DNA of 64,000 nucleotides from the NCBI RefSeq assembly GCF_009914755.1, contig NC_060940.1; one strand, 5' to 3'. The translations under genes and the position numbers were made by a program. Below the pieces are notes generated by a model that saw only the letters and a program-made list of their open reading frames with translations, did not search any database and was not told the DNA's origin. Shown here piece after piece: positions 11,805 to 23,086 of the stretch; position 1 is the first letter of the stretch, and each line of letters opens with the position of its first letter. This stretch comes from the human T2T-CHM13v2.0 reference genome, Homo sapiens.

Positions 11805-12479
11805 TGCCTCTTAAATTTCTCCCCTTAAATGGCTGGATTACCTTCACCAGCTCATTTAAACTCTTTAAGTATCTGTTTTCTCATTAGCCAAATGAGAAAC
11901 ACATACCTCATATGAAAATTATGGAGATTAAAATGAGCAAATCACACAACGCAGTGTCCATAGTGGCCTCTGCGACTCAGTCAATGTGGGTTTTCATCCC
12001 TTGTAATCTACCCTGGAGAAAGGATGTTTCTTCATGGAAGAGTCTGGCTTTTTAAAGAGACAATTCCTAGTAACAAGATGTAAATGCCCAAGGCGGCTTT
12101 CTCCCCTCTTAATAGAGCACCAGGCCTGGTGATTTACCCAAAGAAACGATGCATCAGGAACAGCAGCGGCTCTCACCAATTTTGCACACTACACTGGCCT
12201 TAATGAAACTGGGCTGGACAGAGAGAAGGCATCTGCTGCTGAGTCCCTCAGAATGCTTCCCTTCCTACTGGAGGGTGAGACTTGAGGGACAGTCCCGGGT
12301 TTGAATCCAAGGTTAATTTCAGTTAAATTCAGGGTTCGGAATTTCTCAAATGATTAAAAGAAGGAAGAAAGCAAATGTGTTGTGTCTTGCACATTCATTT
12401 CAATCTCCCTATCCCCACCCTCCCATCCCCCCATAACAAAACCCTTCTCCCTGCAACTTCCACTACAGCTCACAGAAGC

Positions 12480-13230
12480 ACACAGCGATAAAACACCAGC
12501 TAAGCGCTTACATCATTTTACAATCAAGCATCTCCAAATCTGTTTATGTGATCAGCCCCAAATTCTGTCAGAGCGTTGACATGTGCATTTCTAAATAATT
12601 TCAGGATGTCAACCTGAATAGACCCGCAGAATCGGAAAGTTAATTATCTTTGACAACTTTGCCAGCTAATTTCCTATTTATATGTACCAAACCGGAGGCC
12701 TCTCTCATCCCCTCTTGTCACAAAGGATTTATCAATCAGATCAAGGCCTAAAATTGTCTGCCAAGGCATTCCAGCTTCCCAAAGGGGCGTTTATCTGTTT
12801 GAAATCTTACCGACTATCCAATGACAGCGAAGTTGACATGAAACAGATGAAGAGCTACTTCCTTTCTCCGTGCGGCCCCAGCAGCCGAGGGTCCCTCTGG
12901 CCAGCTACACCATCCTGTCCCCCAGCCTAGCACCCCCACCCTCTCTTCCTCCTCTTGTGTTTATCTGCCTGCACTTGTCATGCCCCAATTTCCAAAGTGA
13001 CAACAGCCTCACCTCTGCATTTCAGCTGACAGGCCCCGCCAAATGCCAGAGCCCTGCCTGTCTGAGCCAATCCGCTGACCCTCACTTAGGAAGGCGCACC
13101 CTGAGAAACCCAACAGGCCAGTGTTGACAGATGGCTTGATGGTGGCGGTTGGGGCTCCTGTTGTCACTACTTCCCTCTGACAGTTAGTCATGTTTAACTT
13201 TAATGGCCATTTCCGCTGTCAGGTTCCCTA
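12480..13230. promoter_or_regulatory. Candidate enhancer with TALE-homeodomain (MEIS/PBX) motif cluster
   Basis: 14 TGACA/TGTCA within 12566-13221, six as full TGACAG; ATCAATCA (PBX) at 12731-12738; no recognisable repeat. Confidence 0.5.
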
Positions 13231-13724
13231 GAAAGGAGCTGCTGCCTTACAAGACTGCAGCAGGCTGTGGCTGAGTCGGGGGCAGGCGCCAGTGTGGGCA
13301 AGGCTGCCTGGAGTTCTGATGCTGGTTCCTCATCAGAGGAGCTGCCGAGGAGAGGAGGCAGCTGCAACCAGGACAGGATAATCAGGCTGGCTTGGACCTT
13401 CCCAGTTCCTGCCTTCAGCCACCAGAGGCACTGCAGAAGAGGAAGGGCGCAAGCAAGAGGCTTTCCAATCATTCCTCCATCTATTCAACAGGCATTCACC
13501 TAACACGTTCTCCAATCTGATCACCGTGTGCATAAGGCCCTACCTTTCAGGAACTTCTTGTTTCATGGATGACATCCATTCATGTCTCTTGTTCAGCAAA
13601 TCCATACCAAGGACCTTCTATCTACAAAGCACTATTCTAAGCCTTCTGAGCACTATTCTAAGGATATACCAGTGAAAAACAAATTAAGAAAAAATAATTC
13701 AAAAGAGCTGTTCTCATTCTATTG

Positions 13725-13945
13725 CAGGGGTCAGCAAACTAGGGCTAGTAGGAAAAATCCAGCTCACCATCTGTTTTTGTAAATAAAGTTTTATTGGAAC
13801 ACAGTCACATGCATTTGTCTGCATATTGTCTATGGCTGCTTTTGTGCTACAACCGCAGAGCTAAGTAGTTGGAACAGAGAACATATGTCCTGCAAAGTCT
13901 ACAATATTTACTATCTGGCCCTTTACAGAAAAAGTTTGCTGACAG
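13725..13945. mobile_element. MER58A hAT-Charlie MITE (within L2 remnants)
   Basis: CAGGGGTCAGCAAACT...GTAAATAAAGTTTTATTGGAACACAG...TATTTACTATCTGGCCCTTTACAGAAAAAGTTTGCTGAC. Confidence 0.9.
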
Positions 13946-16359
13946 ATTATTTCAATACAACAGGGTAAGTGGAAATAGCAATATATAGTGTCCAGAGGGA
14001 GCCTGGTTGGCTTTGTGAGGTCTGATTTGTTCACTGTTGTTGCCACAATGCCTGGAACAGTGTTTGGCACAGAATAGGTGCTCACCAAAGAGTTTTCCTT
14101 GGCTAGATAAGCGAAAGAACAGATACTCTGATGGGTAGGGGAATGGGTAGATGGAAAGGTTTTTAGAAAGCTTGGCGAAGGAGGTAATACATATGCTGGA
14201 TGTTGAGGAATAAAGTATCTACCAAAAGAGGAAGAGGGGAAAATGTTTTCTGGAAGAAGAAAATTCACTTGTCATATTTACAATGCAGGGGCATGAAACA
14301 GGATGGCAAATTTGAGGAAAAGAAAGATGGTGGAACGGAGGAGTCTGGGTCAAGTCAAAGGGAAGAGGGTCACCATAAAGACTTGCATTTATAATCTTAT
14401 TGAAGACAGGCAGCATGCATACCCTCAGGATGAAGTCAGTGGAACTGCACAGAGTGCCCCCATACTTTGGAGTATCTTCTTTAAAATGGAACTTGGCCTC
14501 CATTTCTTCCATCTAGGGCACTCTTAGGCTGTTTACCCCATGTATGGAGTCAAACAGATGCCCCAGGGAGCTCTAGAACAATGCCTATGGGGTCATCCTG
14601 GGCCCCCCTGGCCGAGCCCCAGTTCTAGGAGGATGACCTAGCAAGCAACAGGCTCCCATTGGCTGGCATGGGTTTTATCTCACGGAATTATGTGAGATTG
14701 CACCACTAAAATGCTGCTGCCAGGTGGAGTTTAGGATGACTATTACTCATGCCAGACACACGCTGAGTTTGGGGCTTTGTCTGTTGACAGATCATTGTCA
14801 ATCCTTGGGTCTGTTGGGTGGGCACCGGTATTGGCTTTTGCCATGTTCTGACAGCAGTGCCACCTGCAGGATATAACACCCAAGGGCAACTGGATGGTGG
14901 CAGGTGTCCTTTATCCTGTGTTCCTCTTAGTCTGCTGCTGATACTCAGGGGGGCTACTCACCTCCTCTGAAGGCTCCATGGATAGTGGGATTGACCATGC
15001 CTATCTCCTCTGAGGGCTCTACAATGTCAGATGGCTTTTTAATCGACGTCCTCTCCTGCCTCTGTCCATGTGCTGATGTCCTGCTCTCCTATGTTAATGT
15101 CATGGTGGAAGAGAAGAAGATACTCTTTGCACAAACAGATTACTCTTCTTTCTCTATCCATGGGCCCTTGTCATCCTCCCCTGTGCTTCCCACTGTGTGG
15201 AAGGCCGGCTGCCATCATCAAAAGAGGTCACGTGCTGGGAGCACTGTGATTACAGCCTCAAAAGTTCGTAAGTCCACACGTCTACATGTCCTATGTTGAA
15301 ACAACAAAATTCTGAATGGTAGATTTAGTATGACCAGAAAACGACTCATGGTTCCCATTCTCCTGCATCCTCTTGATAAGATTGCATTTATGGTCATCAT
15401 CAATGAAGCACAACCTTTGAGAGAATCACCAGAAACCAGTATTCAAAGGCAACATGAAGCATGATGCAGCTGATGAATAATGACAGAACTAGCATTAAAT
15501 AAATGGCCTTGGGATTTGTAGAGCAAGATGAACTGTGTTGTTTCAATATAAATAGGTTACAGAAAGCCATCACATTGGGAGTAAAAGCAGTGTTGCTACC
15601 TTTTGCTCATGGTAGAAGATATGAAATTAGCCAGGAATGGCATATGGGATAATAAAGAACATGAAGAGGTGGTTTCCGGAATTAATGGTGCCTGAACTCT
15701 GCAAATGTATTGATTGGACAGTAAATAAATTTATGTTCTCTGCCCACTGTTCTACGTATTCATCAGTAAATTGCTATATCTCATATGGACCCATAAATTC
15801 TATAATACATTTTAAAATCAAATTGTTTATATAGACACAATTATTGCCCAAGGTCTCACATACCCCCAAGCGGTCCCGAAGGTACAAAATGTGCATTTCA
15901 GTCCCAGAGAAGTATGTTAAAAAAAAAAATAAGCCAACAATTAAAGAACCAACAAGTGACCTGGAGGAATCCTAGCCTTTACTCCTTTTCCTTGAAGGAC
16001 ATCTAGCATTGACCAGAAACTTCCTGACCGTTTTTCCTCTCCTAGTTCTCACCTCCAACATTCTCCAGAGCCTTTTAGCCTTTTATCTGATACAACTCCT
16101 CCCAAAGCAGTCTGCTCAGTCTCCCTCCATCCTCCCCCTTCTCTCTTTTGTTAAACTTCTATACAGCTCAGTTTGACTTTCATCACCAAGTGCATCCACA
16201 ACCCGGCCTTTCTCATCTTGTTATTCCAGCTTTATGGGCCTCCCTTAGTCCAGCAAGATGACACATAAAATTAACCATCACACCATATTAACAGTAAAGT
16301 GTAATAATAGAGTGTTAAAATAATAGAGTGTCCACAATAATAGAGTATTAACATCCAAT

Positions 16360-16920
16360 AGGATACTAATATAGTTCAAATACAGTACTAATTTCCAAAT
16401 TAGTAGGATGGAAAAAGGAAAGAAGAAAACCAGTTCCAATGAAAGAGTATGGGTGAAAACAACAAGAAACAAGTATGGTAAATAGCAACAACAAAGTAAG
16501 ATAGCATATATAAATTGAAACATATTGGTAGTCATAATGGTAAATAAACTTTAACTAGTTAAAAAAGACAGATACATATTGGAATAGAAAATTCATAAAA
16601 TTAGACCAGAATTATCAAAAGCAAAGGGAATATATGTATTGTCATGTTCATATAATAGACAAATATTAGCTAACAGTAAGCAGTGTAACAATATTAATGT
16701 CAGACTAAATATATCAGACTCTAATATAACAAAAAACATTGTTAATGATAAAGAGTTTTATGACATGATTCAAGGAATGTTTTCCTTGCATCTGCCTTAT
16801 ACTAGCATACACCTGATAATATAGCCTCAAAGACAAAGCAAAAACAGAATTACAGAAAAAAATGAACAAATGCACAATAAACATAGAATACTTTAATGCA
16901 TTCCTATCATTAACTGGTTA
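16360..16920 (+). mobile_element. Old L1M fragment (ORF2 endonuclease region)
   Basis: A-rich; ATATTAATGTCAGAC, CCTGATAATATAGCCTCAAA, GAATACTTTAATGCATTCCTATCA resemble the L1 EN-coding region. Confidence 0.55.
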
Positions 16921-17629
16921 GCTCTTCAGTATTTGACTCATTACCTGATTTTCCATCTCAAAAATCTAAAAATGGCCCCAGAAGAAACAAACTCCACTGC
17001 TTGCATTTAGAGTTTCCTCCCAGATGGACTTTTAGGAACAGGGTGCCTGTGAACACTCTCATGCCACAAACAACCTATTAATCAGCTTATGTTTGCCAGA
17101 CTAAGTTTTGAGATTTCTCCTAAAAGGCTGAGATAGGAATAAAAATATAGACCATGGTATTGGCCAGAACATTACTTTCCAGTGGAAATAAAGATTTAAG
17201 TAGCTGGATACAAAGGCTGCGAGAGGCTTTGTCAAGAAGATCTTGAAATTCTGCAGCAGGTTTTGTCTTTGTCTCCACCATCAAAGCAGAAGGTATACAT
17301 GTCAGAAATAACACAAGATTTGGGGCATTGATTATGTAATTTGTGATTAATTTCATCTGGATCCTTTGGTACTTGGGCCTCCGCGTGTAAAAACTCATCT
17401 ATGGAATGAATATGGGTAAAAATTTGTGTCACTGAAGCTGTCCAATGGGGCATGAAATTCAACAGTCATCCCAAAAACACCCTCTCTAACCAAGGTCACA
17501 TACACTCATCTATCTGGGGGGCTTTCACGGGCATATGGAGGATGTCTTGCTATTAATCCTAGACGTTAAGCGCAGGTCTTCAGAAAACAAGAAAATGAGA
17601 TTATCTTTTGGGTGTTTAGATTTTTTTTT

Positions 17630-18190
17630 TTAACCAATAGACTTTATTTTTTAGAGCAATTTTATGTTTATAGAAGAACTGGCCAAGCACAGTGGCTGAA
17701 GCCTAGAATCCCAGCACTTTGGGAGGCCAAGGCAGGTGGATCACAAGGTCAGGAAATTGAGACCATCCTGGCTAACATGGTGAAACCCCATCTCTACTAA
17801 AAATACAAAAAGTTAGCCAGGCGTGGTGATGGGCGCCTGTAGTCCCAGCTACTGGGGAGGCTGAGGCTGGAGAATGGTGTGAACTCGGGAGGCGGAGCTT
17901 CCAGTAAGCCGAGATCACGCCACTCGACTCCAGCCTGGGCGACAGCGAGACTCTGTCTCAAAACAAAAAAAAAAAAGAAGAAGAAGAAGAATTGAGCAGA
18001 AAGTATAGAAGTATAGTGGGTTCCATCCACTCCATCTCTTCCCTTCTCCCCCTCAATTTCCCCTATTATTACCACCTTGCACTAGTGTGGTACATTTATT
18101 ACAATTGATGAATCAATAATAACACATTATTATTCACTAAAATCCACCGTTTACATTAGAGTTTACTCTGTGTATTGGATAGTTGTGTGG
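17630..18190 (-). mobile_element. L1MC/MD 3' end fragment interrupted by an Alu
   Basis: AGACTTTATTTTTTAGAGCAATTTTA...TAGTGTGGTACATTTATTACAATTGATGAA...CATTATTATTCACTAAAATCCA. Confidence 0.75.
17681..17983 (+). mobile_element. AluY/Sc8-like
   Basis: GAGACCATCCTGGCTAACA and GAGAATGGTGTGAAC diagnostics; TSD AGAAGAACT/AGAAGAATT. Confidence 0.9.
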
Positions 18191-18962
18191 ATTTTGAGTT
18201 TTGTTTTTAGGTTACTTTTTCCCTACATTTTTTTAGCACCTAAGGACTCCTTAAATTTTTCTTTAATGTACTAAGGCAAGCACATTTGTAAGCAGTAACT
18301 AGACTCCTTTTACAGTTACCTAAGGATACATCATTGTGAACAAACACTTCTGATTGATTCAATCCAATTACACGTACATTCTGGAGCACTTACTGTGTAG
18401 TGGGTGCTGAGTACATAGTACTGGAAAAGAGAGAAACAGTCTTTTTCCTCAGAAAACTTAAAGTTTAATGACAAAGATGAATATTCAGTAAGTCATTACA
18501 AGTAGGCTTTCCTTTGAAAGGGCACATAGAGGCTTCAAGAATCTAGCACACAAAGTGAGGAAATGCTATCACCGGCTTCCTAGCCTTGGCTGAAGCAAAG
18601 CACTCTGATGTTCTGGTTCACTTTGGGGCCATCTCTCAAGTCAGCTCATGATTTTCAGGTGGTTTTGTCTAATCTGGAAGCTGGCTCAGGTCCCCACTTG
18701 CCTGGGTCCTGGGCATCTCAGAGTTCCCGAACCGGCGGCCTCTGAGGGGTCTGTCCTGCAGGGCTTGGGCCCATGGCTCCCAGAGCCACCTCCTATCACA
18801 TCCCTCTCTGCGGGCGTGAAGAATTAGCCGCCTCACTGCACTGACACCCTTTGTCTGGCAGTGCTGAGCTGGCCAGTTTGTGCCTGGATTTATTTCAGTC
18901 ACGAATTTCCTGAGCTGCAAGGACTGGCTGAAGGGAGAGGAACACTCTGAGACTGTTTGCCT

Positions 18963-19457
18963 TGTGTGTTAGTTTACTAGAGCTGCCTTAAGAAAAGTGG
19001 CACAAGCTGGGTGGCCTAAAACAACAAAAACATGTCCTCTCACAGTCTGGAGGCCAGAAGTCCAACACCCAGGCATTGATAGGGCCGTGCTCCCGCTGAG
19101 GACTCTAGAAAAGAATCTGCTCCAGGTACACCCAGCTTCTGGGGGGTGGCTAGCCATCCTGGGCGCTCCTTGGCCTCTCGACACATTACTTGGATCTCTG
19201 CCTCTGTCATCGTACCATGTTCTCCCTGTGTGACTCTACGTCTCTGCACCCACATTTCCCTCTTCTAATGAGGACACAGTCACTGAATTAGGACTCACCC
19301 TAATCCAGCATCATCTCCTCTTAACTTCATTACAACTGCAAGAATCCCCCAACCCCCACCCCGGCCAACCCCACTTCCAAATAAGGTCACATTCACAGGT
19401 GCCAGGCATTAGGACTTGCACATATCTCTCAGAGGGGACACAGTTTAATGCATGACA
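18963..19457 (-). mobile_element. MLT1C-like LTR
   Basis: TCTCACAGTCTGGAGGCCAGAAGTCCAA...TTCCAAATAAGGTCACATTCACAGGT...GGGGACACAGTTTAA. Confidence 0.8.
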
Positions 19458-19799
19458 CCTTCAATTCCCAAGGTTGCTTCACAGCTGGTTTCCCCCAGCG
19501 TGAAACTCAGTGGAAGTGAAGCTGACACTGGCAGAAGACACAGACATTGTTTCCAGACCCTTCAACTACCTTGCCGAATACCTGAATCATGATTGGGTCT
19601 AAGAGCTTAGGCAATGCCAAATGCCACATGTGTAGGTGATTTAAAGAAGGAAAAGGCAGAAAGCGGGGCAGTTCTGCAAAACTGGAAAATCCAGGTGCTA
19701 CAATTTCCCGGAGTCCTGGAGAAGACCACTTTTTGATCCCAAGAGGGACCCAGATGTCAGATGGGTCCTCTTGACTTCAGCAATTAAATACTGTCCATG

Positions 19800-20100
19800 A
19801 TATATTTATTTCAAAACATATTTGCTAAGTGTCTACACTGCTCTAGGCACTGAAGATGGGGTGGTGGGGAGTAAGACAAATGTCTAACCATGGTGCTCAT
19901 ATTCTAGTAAAAGGAGACCAGCAATCGATAAGCAAATAAGTGAAACGTAGAAAAAGGAACTCCTGCAGGGGGCATGGAATGTATGGGAGGGAGTCAGGAG
20001 AGTGAGTGAGTGAGGCCATTCTTTGGAAGTCTGGCTTCTAATGGGGATGCCAGAGACAGAATGAATGCAGCAGCAGGCAGGCAAAGGAATGGAGGTTCCC
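19800..20100 (-). mobile_element. L2 3' fragment
   Basis: TTCAAAACATATTTGCTAAGTGTCTAC...CTAGGCACTGAAGAT...CATGGTGCTCATATTCTAGT. Confidence 0.55.
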
Positions 20101-20554
20101 AGCTTGTTTATTTGGGAGATGGGAATAATTTGTATGTGCTCAGCTGCTGAAAGCTTTCATGAGAGGGGTTTCAACTGCAAAAAGAGAGGACGTTATAGAT
20201 GGCTGAAGGTCCTGAGGGCAGGAGATGTCTAGTGTTGAGGAAGATCAAAAGTGGAGGAGGGAATTCCAGGAAAGGTGTGGAAGCTGGTGTATCACAGGCA
20301 GGAGCACACACCCATATCCTCCTCACTTTCCTCCGTTATCTATACAATAGGAGCAAGCTCTTCCAGCTGGGGATGGGTCAGGATCTGGAGGAGTCATCAA
20401 GTTCTCCAACTGTCATAAAATGGAGTTGAGAGTGGGACTTGGGGCTGGGGAAGAAGATTGAGGCAGAGTCAGCCAGGTGGAGGTTAGACATCTTGACTTC
20501 CCAGGAGCTAAGGAAACACAGAACTCCTTACAATGTGCTGGTTTTCTTTCAGGA

Positions 20555-20760
20555 GCTCCGCATTCAAATCTTGGCTCCAACACCCTGGACAGTGGACAGG
20601 TCTCTTAATCTTTCAGCGCTTCAGTTGCCTCATCTGTAAGTTGGTAATAACAAACTTCAAACTTCTGTGGGCTGCTCTAAGAACTGAATGAATGACTCCA
20701 TGCTAAGTACTTAGAACAACGTCTGGTACATGGTGAGGCTTATTCAATGTCCATTATAAC
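20555..20760 (+). mobile_element. MIR
   Basis: TTCAAATCTTGGCTC...CTTCAGTTGCCTCATCTGTAAG...AAGTACTTAGAACAACGTCTGGTACATGG. Confidence 0.7.
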
Positions 20761-22324
20761 AGAGGGACTTACCCCCTCTGTTACTGCAAGTTTGGGATGC
20801 CTTGTACCTGCCAGGCACTGTTCCGGCTGTTGATAAAATTAAGACAAATATAAAGTCCTTGCCCTGGAGGAAACCGCAGCCCATTACAGAGCCACATATG
20901 CCAACTCAGAGGCAGAATTGCTGGGCAAAACAGCAAAAGGACAGAAAACTTGCTGTAGGCATGATAAAAAGTCCCCATCCTCATCGTTGGAAATGCTCTC
21001 AGCCCACATTTTAGCCGGATTAGCTGGAAAGTGAGAAATCATTTCCAAAAAGCCACAGGTGCCCAAACCAGCTCCTGTCCTTTCTGCATCCTGTTTCCAG
21101 GCCTGAATAGGCTGAGCTCTTTGCTGCCACACTGTCTAATTCTGCACCATTGAATTAGGGGGCTGTCATGACCCACCAAGGCTGTCTCCATCACTGTCTC
21201 TGCTCATCCTGACATCTGGTGTGAAGGCTGCAGGCAGCAGTCAAATGCTCCCCTTGACACACGCTCAGCTAACGAGCCAGCTGGACATCCTGAGGAGGAT
21301 TCCCTCGGACGACATCCTCTGCAGACAGCCTGGAAACAAAGCTTCTGTGCACACTGATTTGAGACAATGCCGTCGTGCAAGGGACACTGTAATAATATTG
21401 CCTAACTCCAAATGGTCCGCTTAACCTTTCACCTTTGGGGGATTCACTCTCAGATTCACCATTCCCTAAACATGAACAAGTTTAGTACTATGTTTTGCAG
21501 CAATTGTCCAATACAGGTGTACATGGGGCAACAAATGATGATCTAATGCTTCTACTTCCCAGGTAGTTCAGTGAGGACCACTGAATGCATCCTGCTTGGA
21601 AGAACCCATGTGGGGTTACGCATCGCAACCACTCAGAAGCTCTGTGAACTTGTGCTCTGATTCTCAGTCTGCTCACCGCGAGATGGAACTAACACTTCTT
21701 CTCTCCCAACATGTCTGAGAAGACACAATGAAAAAATTCTTTGAGAAGCATTTGTTGGAAACAGTTTAGAAACTCTTCGTAGGTGCTGAGCAACTCTGGA
21801 AAAAGGAAATGCACATAAGAGGACCAGCCACCTAAAATCATTTCCTGACAAGGCAGGAAATTAGTGCACTTATTAAGAGCCTTAGAATTTCCAAATGGAA
21901 AGAACCTAAGAGACAGTGCAGATGCTCTCATTTAATCAAGAATCTCACTCCAAGAGGTTAGTGACAGGGCCAAGGTCACACCACAGGAGGATTAAAACTA
22001 GAATTTTGGGTCTCTAGGTCCTAGTCCTTTCACCACTGTATGGCACAGCCATGTCCCCACTTATCCTTTGGAAGTCCTTGTTGGAGCCATGTCTATTGCA
22101 AAAACTCAAGGGTTCGTCCAGTGGAAACCATATACAAGAACTGGGAGTTTAGTTCCCTGTGTCACTTGCTCTTGTTTGAGGACCTGAGTTCTATCCTTGG
22201 TTCTTCTGACTTTCTCTGTGATTCTGTTTCTGACAAATTGCCCTGAGGGTGGGCCTATATCCACACTATGCTTCACAAACACCCCCAGCATGTCCACATC
22301 TTTTCTAAACATGAGACCCTTTAT

Positions 22325-22535
22325 AGCAATTCCAAACACAGTCTCACTGGAGTGTGGGGACCAAATAATTTGTGAGAATTACTGGGGGTTGTTCTGGGCA
22401 TTGTCAGGTAATTATCATCATTCCTGGCCTCCAGGATGCCAAATAGCACCTTCCCCAATTGTGATAATTAAAAATGTCTTCAGGCATTGTTAAATGTCAC
22501 CTGGGGAGCACTGCCCCTCTTAGTTCAGAACTGCC
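22325..22535. mobile_element. MER20 hAT-Charlie MITE
   Basis: GGATGCCAAATAGCACC...TTGTGATAATTAAAAATGTCTTCAGGCATTGTTAAATGTCACCTGGGG. Confidence 0.7.
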
Positions 22536-22545
22536 TAAGACTGCG

Positions 22546-23086
22546 ATGCTTCCAGATATGTTCTTTTTGCTTAGTCTTGCTTTGACTGTGTGGGCTCTTT
22601 TTTGGTTCCATATAAATTTTAGGATCTTTTTTTCCATTTTGTGAAGAATGATGGTGGTATTTTGATGGGAATTGCATTGAATTTGTAGATTGCTTTTGGC
22701 TGCATGGTCATTTTCACAATGTTGATTCTACCATCCATGAGCATGGGATGTGTTTCTATGTGTTCTTGTCGTCTATAATTTTTTTCAGCAATGTTTTGTA
22801 GTTTTCCTTGTAGAGGTCTTTCACCTCCTTGGTTAGGCATATTCCTAAGTTTATTTTATTTTACTTTATTTGCAGCTATTGTAAAGATGTCGAGTTCTTG
22901 ATTTGATTCTAAGCTTGGTCGCTGTTTGTGTATAGCAGAGCTACTGATTTGTGTACATTTATTTTTGCACCCTGAAACTTTGCTGAATTCATTTACCAGT
23001 TCTAGAAGCTTTATGGATGAGTCTTCAGGGTTTTCTGGGTATATGATCATGTCATCAGCAAACAGCAACAGCTTGACTTCCTTTTT
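22546..23086 (-). mobile_element. Internal L1 (L1PB-like) ORF2 fragment, RT C-terminal part, frameshifted
   Basis: Minus-strand translations LFADDMIIYPENPEDSSIKLLELVNEFSKVSG and GRINIVKMT...[13 protein letters not shown] match LINE-1 ORF2p (FADD catalytic motif). Confidence 0.92.

Noticed and set aside
13628-13662. Small tandem duplications (21-bp period here; ~16-bp x3 at 16303-16350)
   Set aside because: Routine slippage products in old repeats; not a CRISPR-like array, since there are no unique spacers between conserved repeats and the context is eukaryotic
15486-15553. Faint resemblance to a retroviral Env TM region (ALN-KMALDL...EQDELCCFNIN)
   Set aside because: Needs at least two frameshifts and a deletion within the CX6CC motif, and there is no adjacent LTR or pol; only an HMM or tblastn hit could rescue it
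17120-17462. Protein-looking minus-strand ORFs (76 and 92 aa) in unique sequence
   Set aside because: No recognisable domain and no convincing splice-site pair bounding them; lengths are within chance expectation
19740-19773. Hairpin CAAGAGGGACCCA...TGGGTCCTCTTG
   Set aside because: Too short for a pre-miRNA and plausible by chance in 64 kb
22619-23068. Reverse-transcriptase-like ORFs as a possible novel RT system
   Set aside because: Ordinary frameshifted LINE-1 ORF2 fragment
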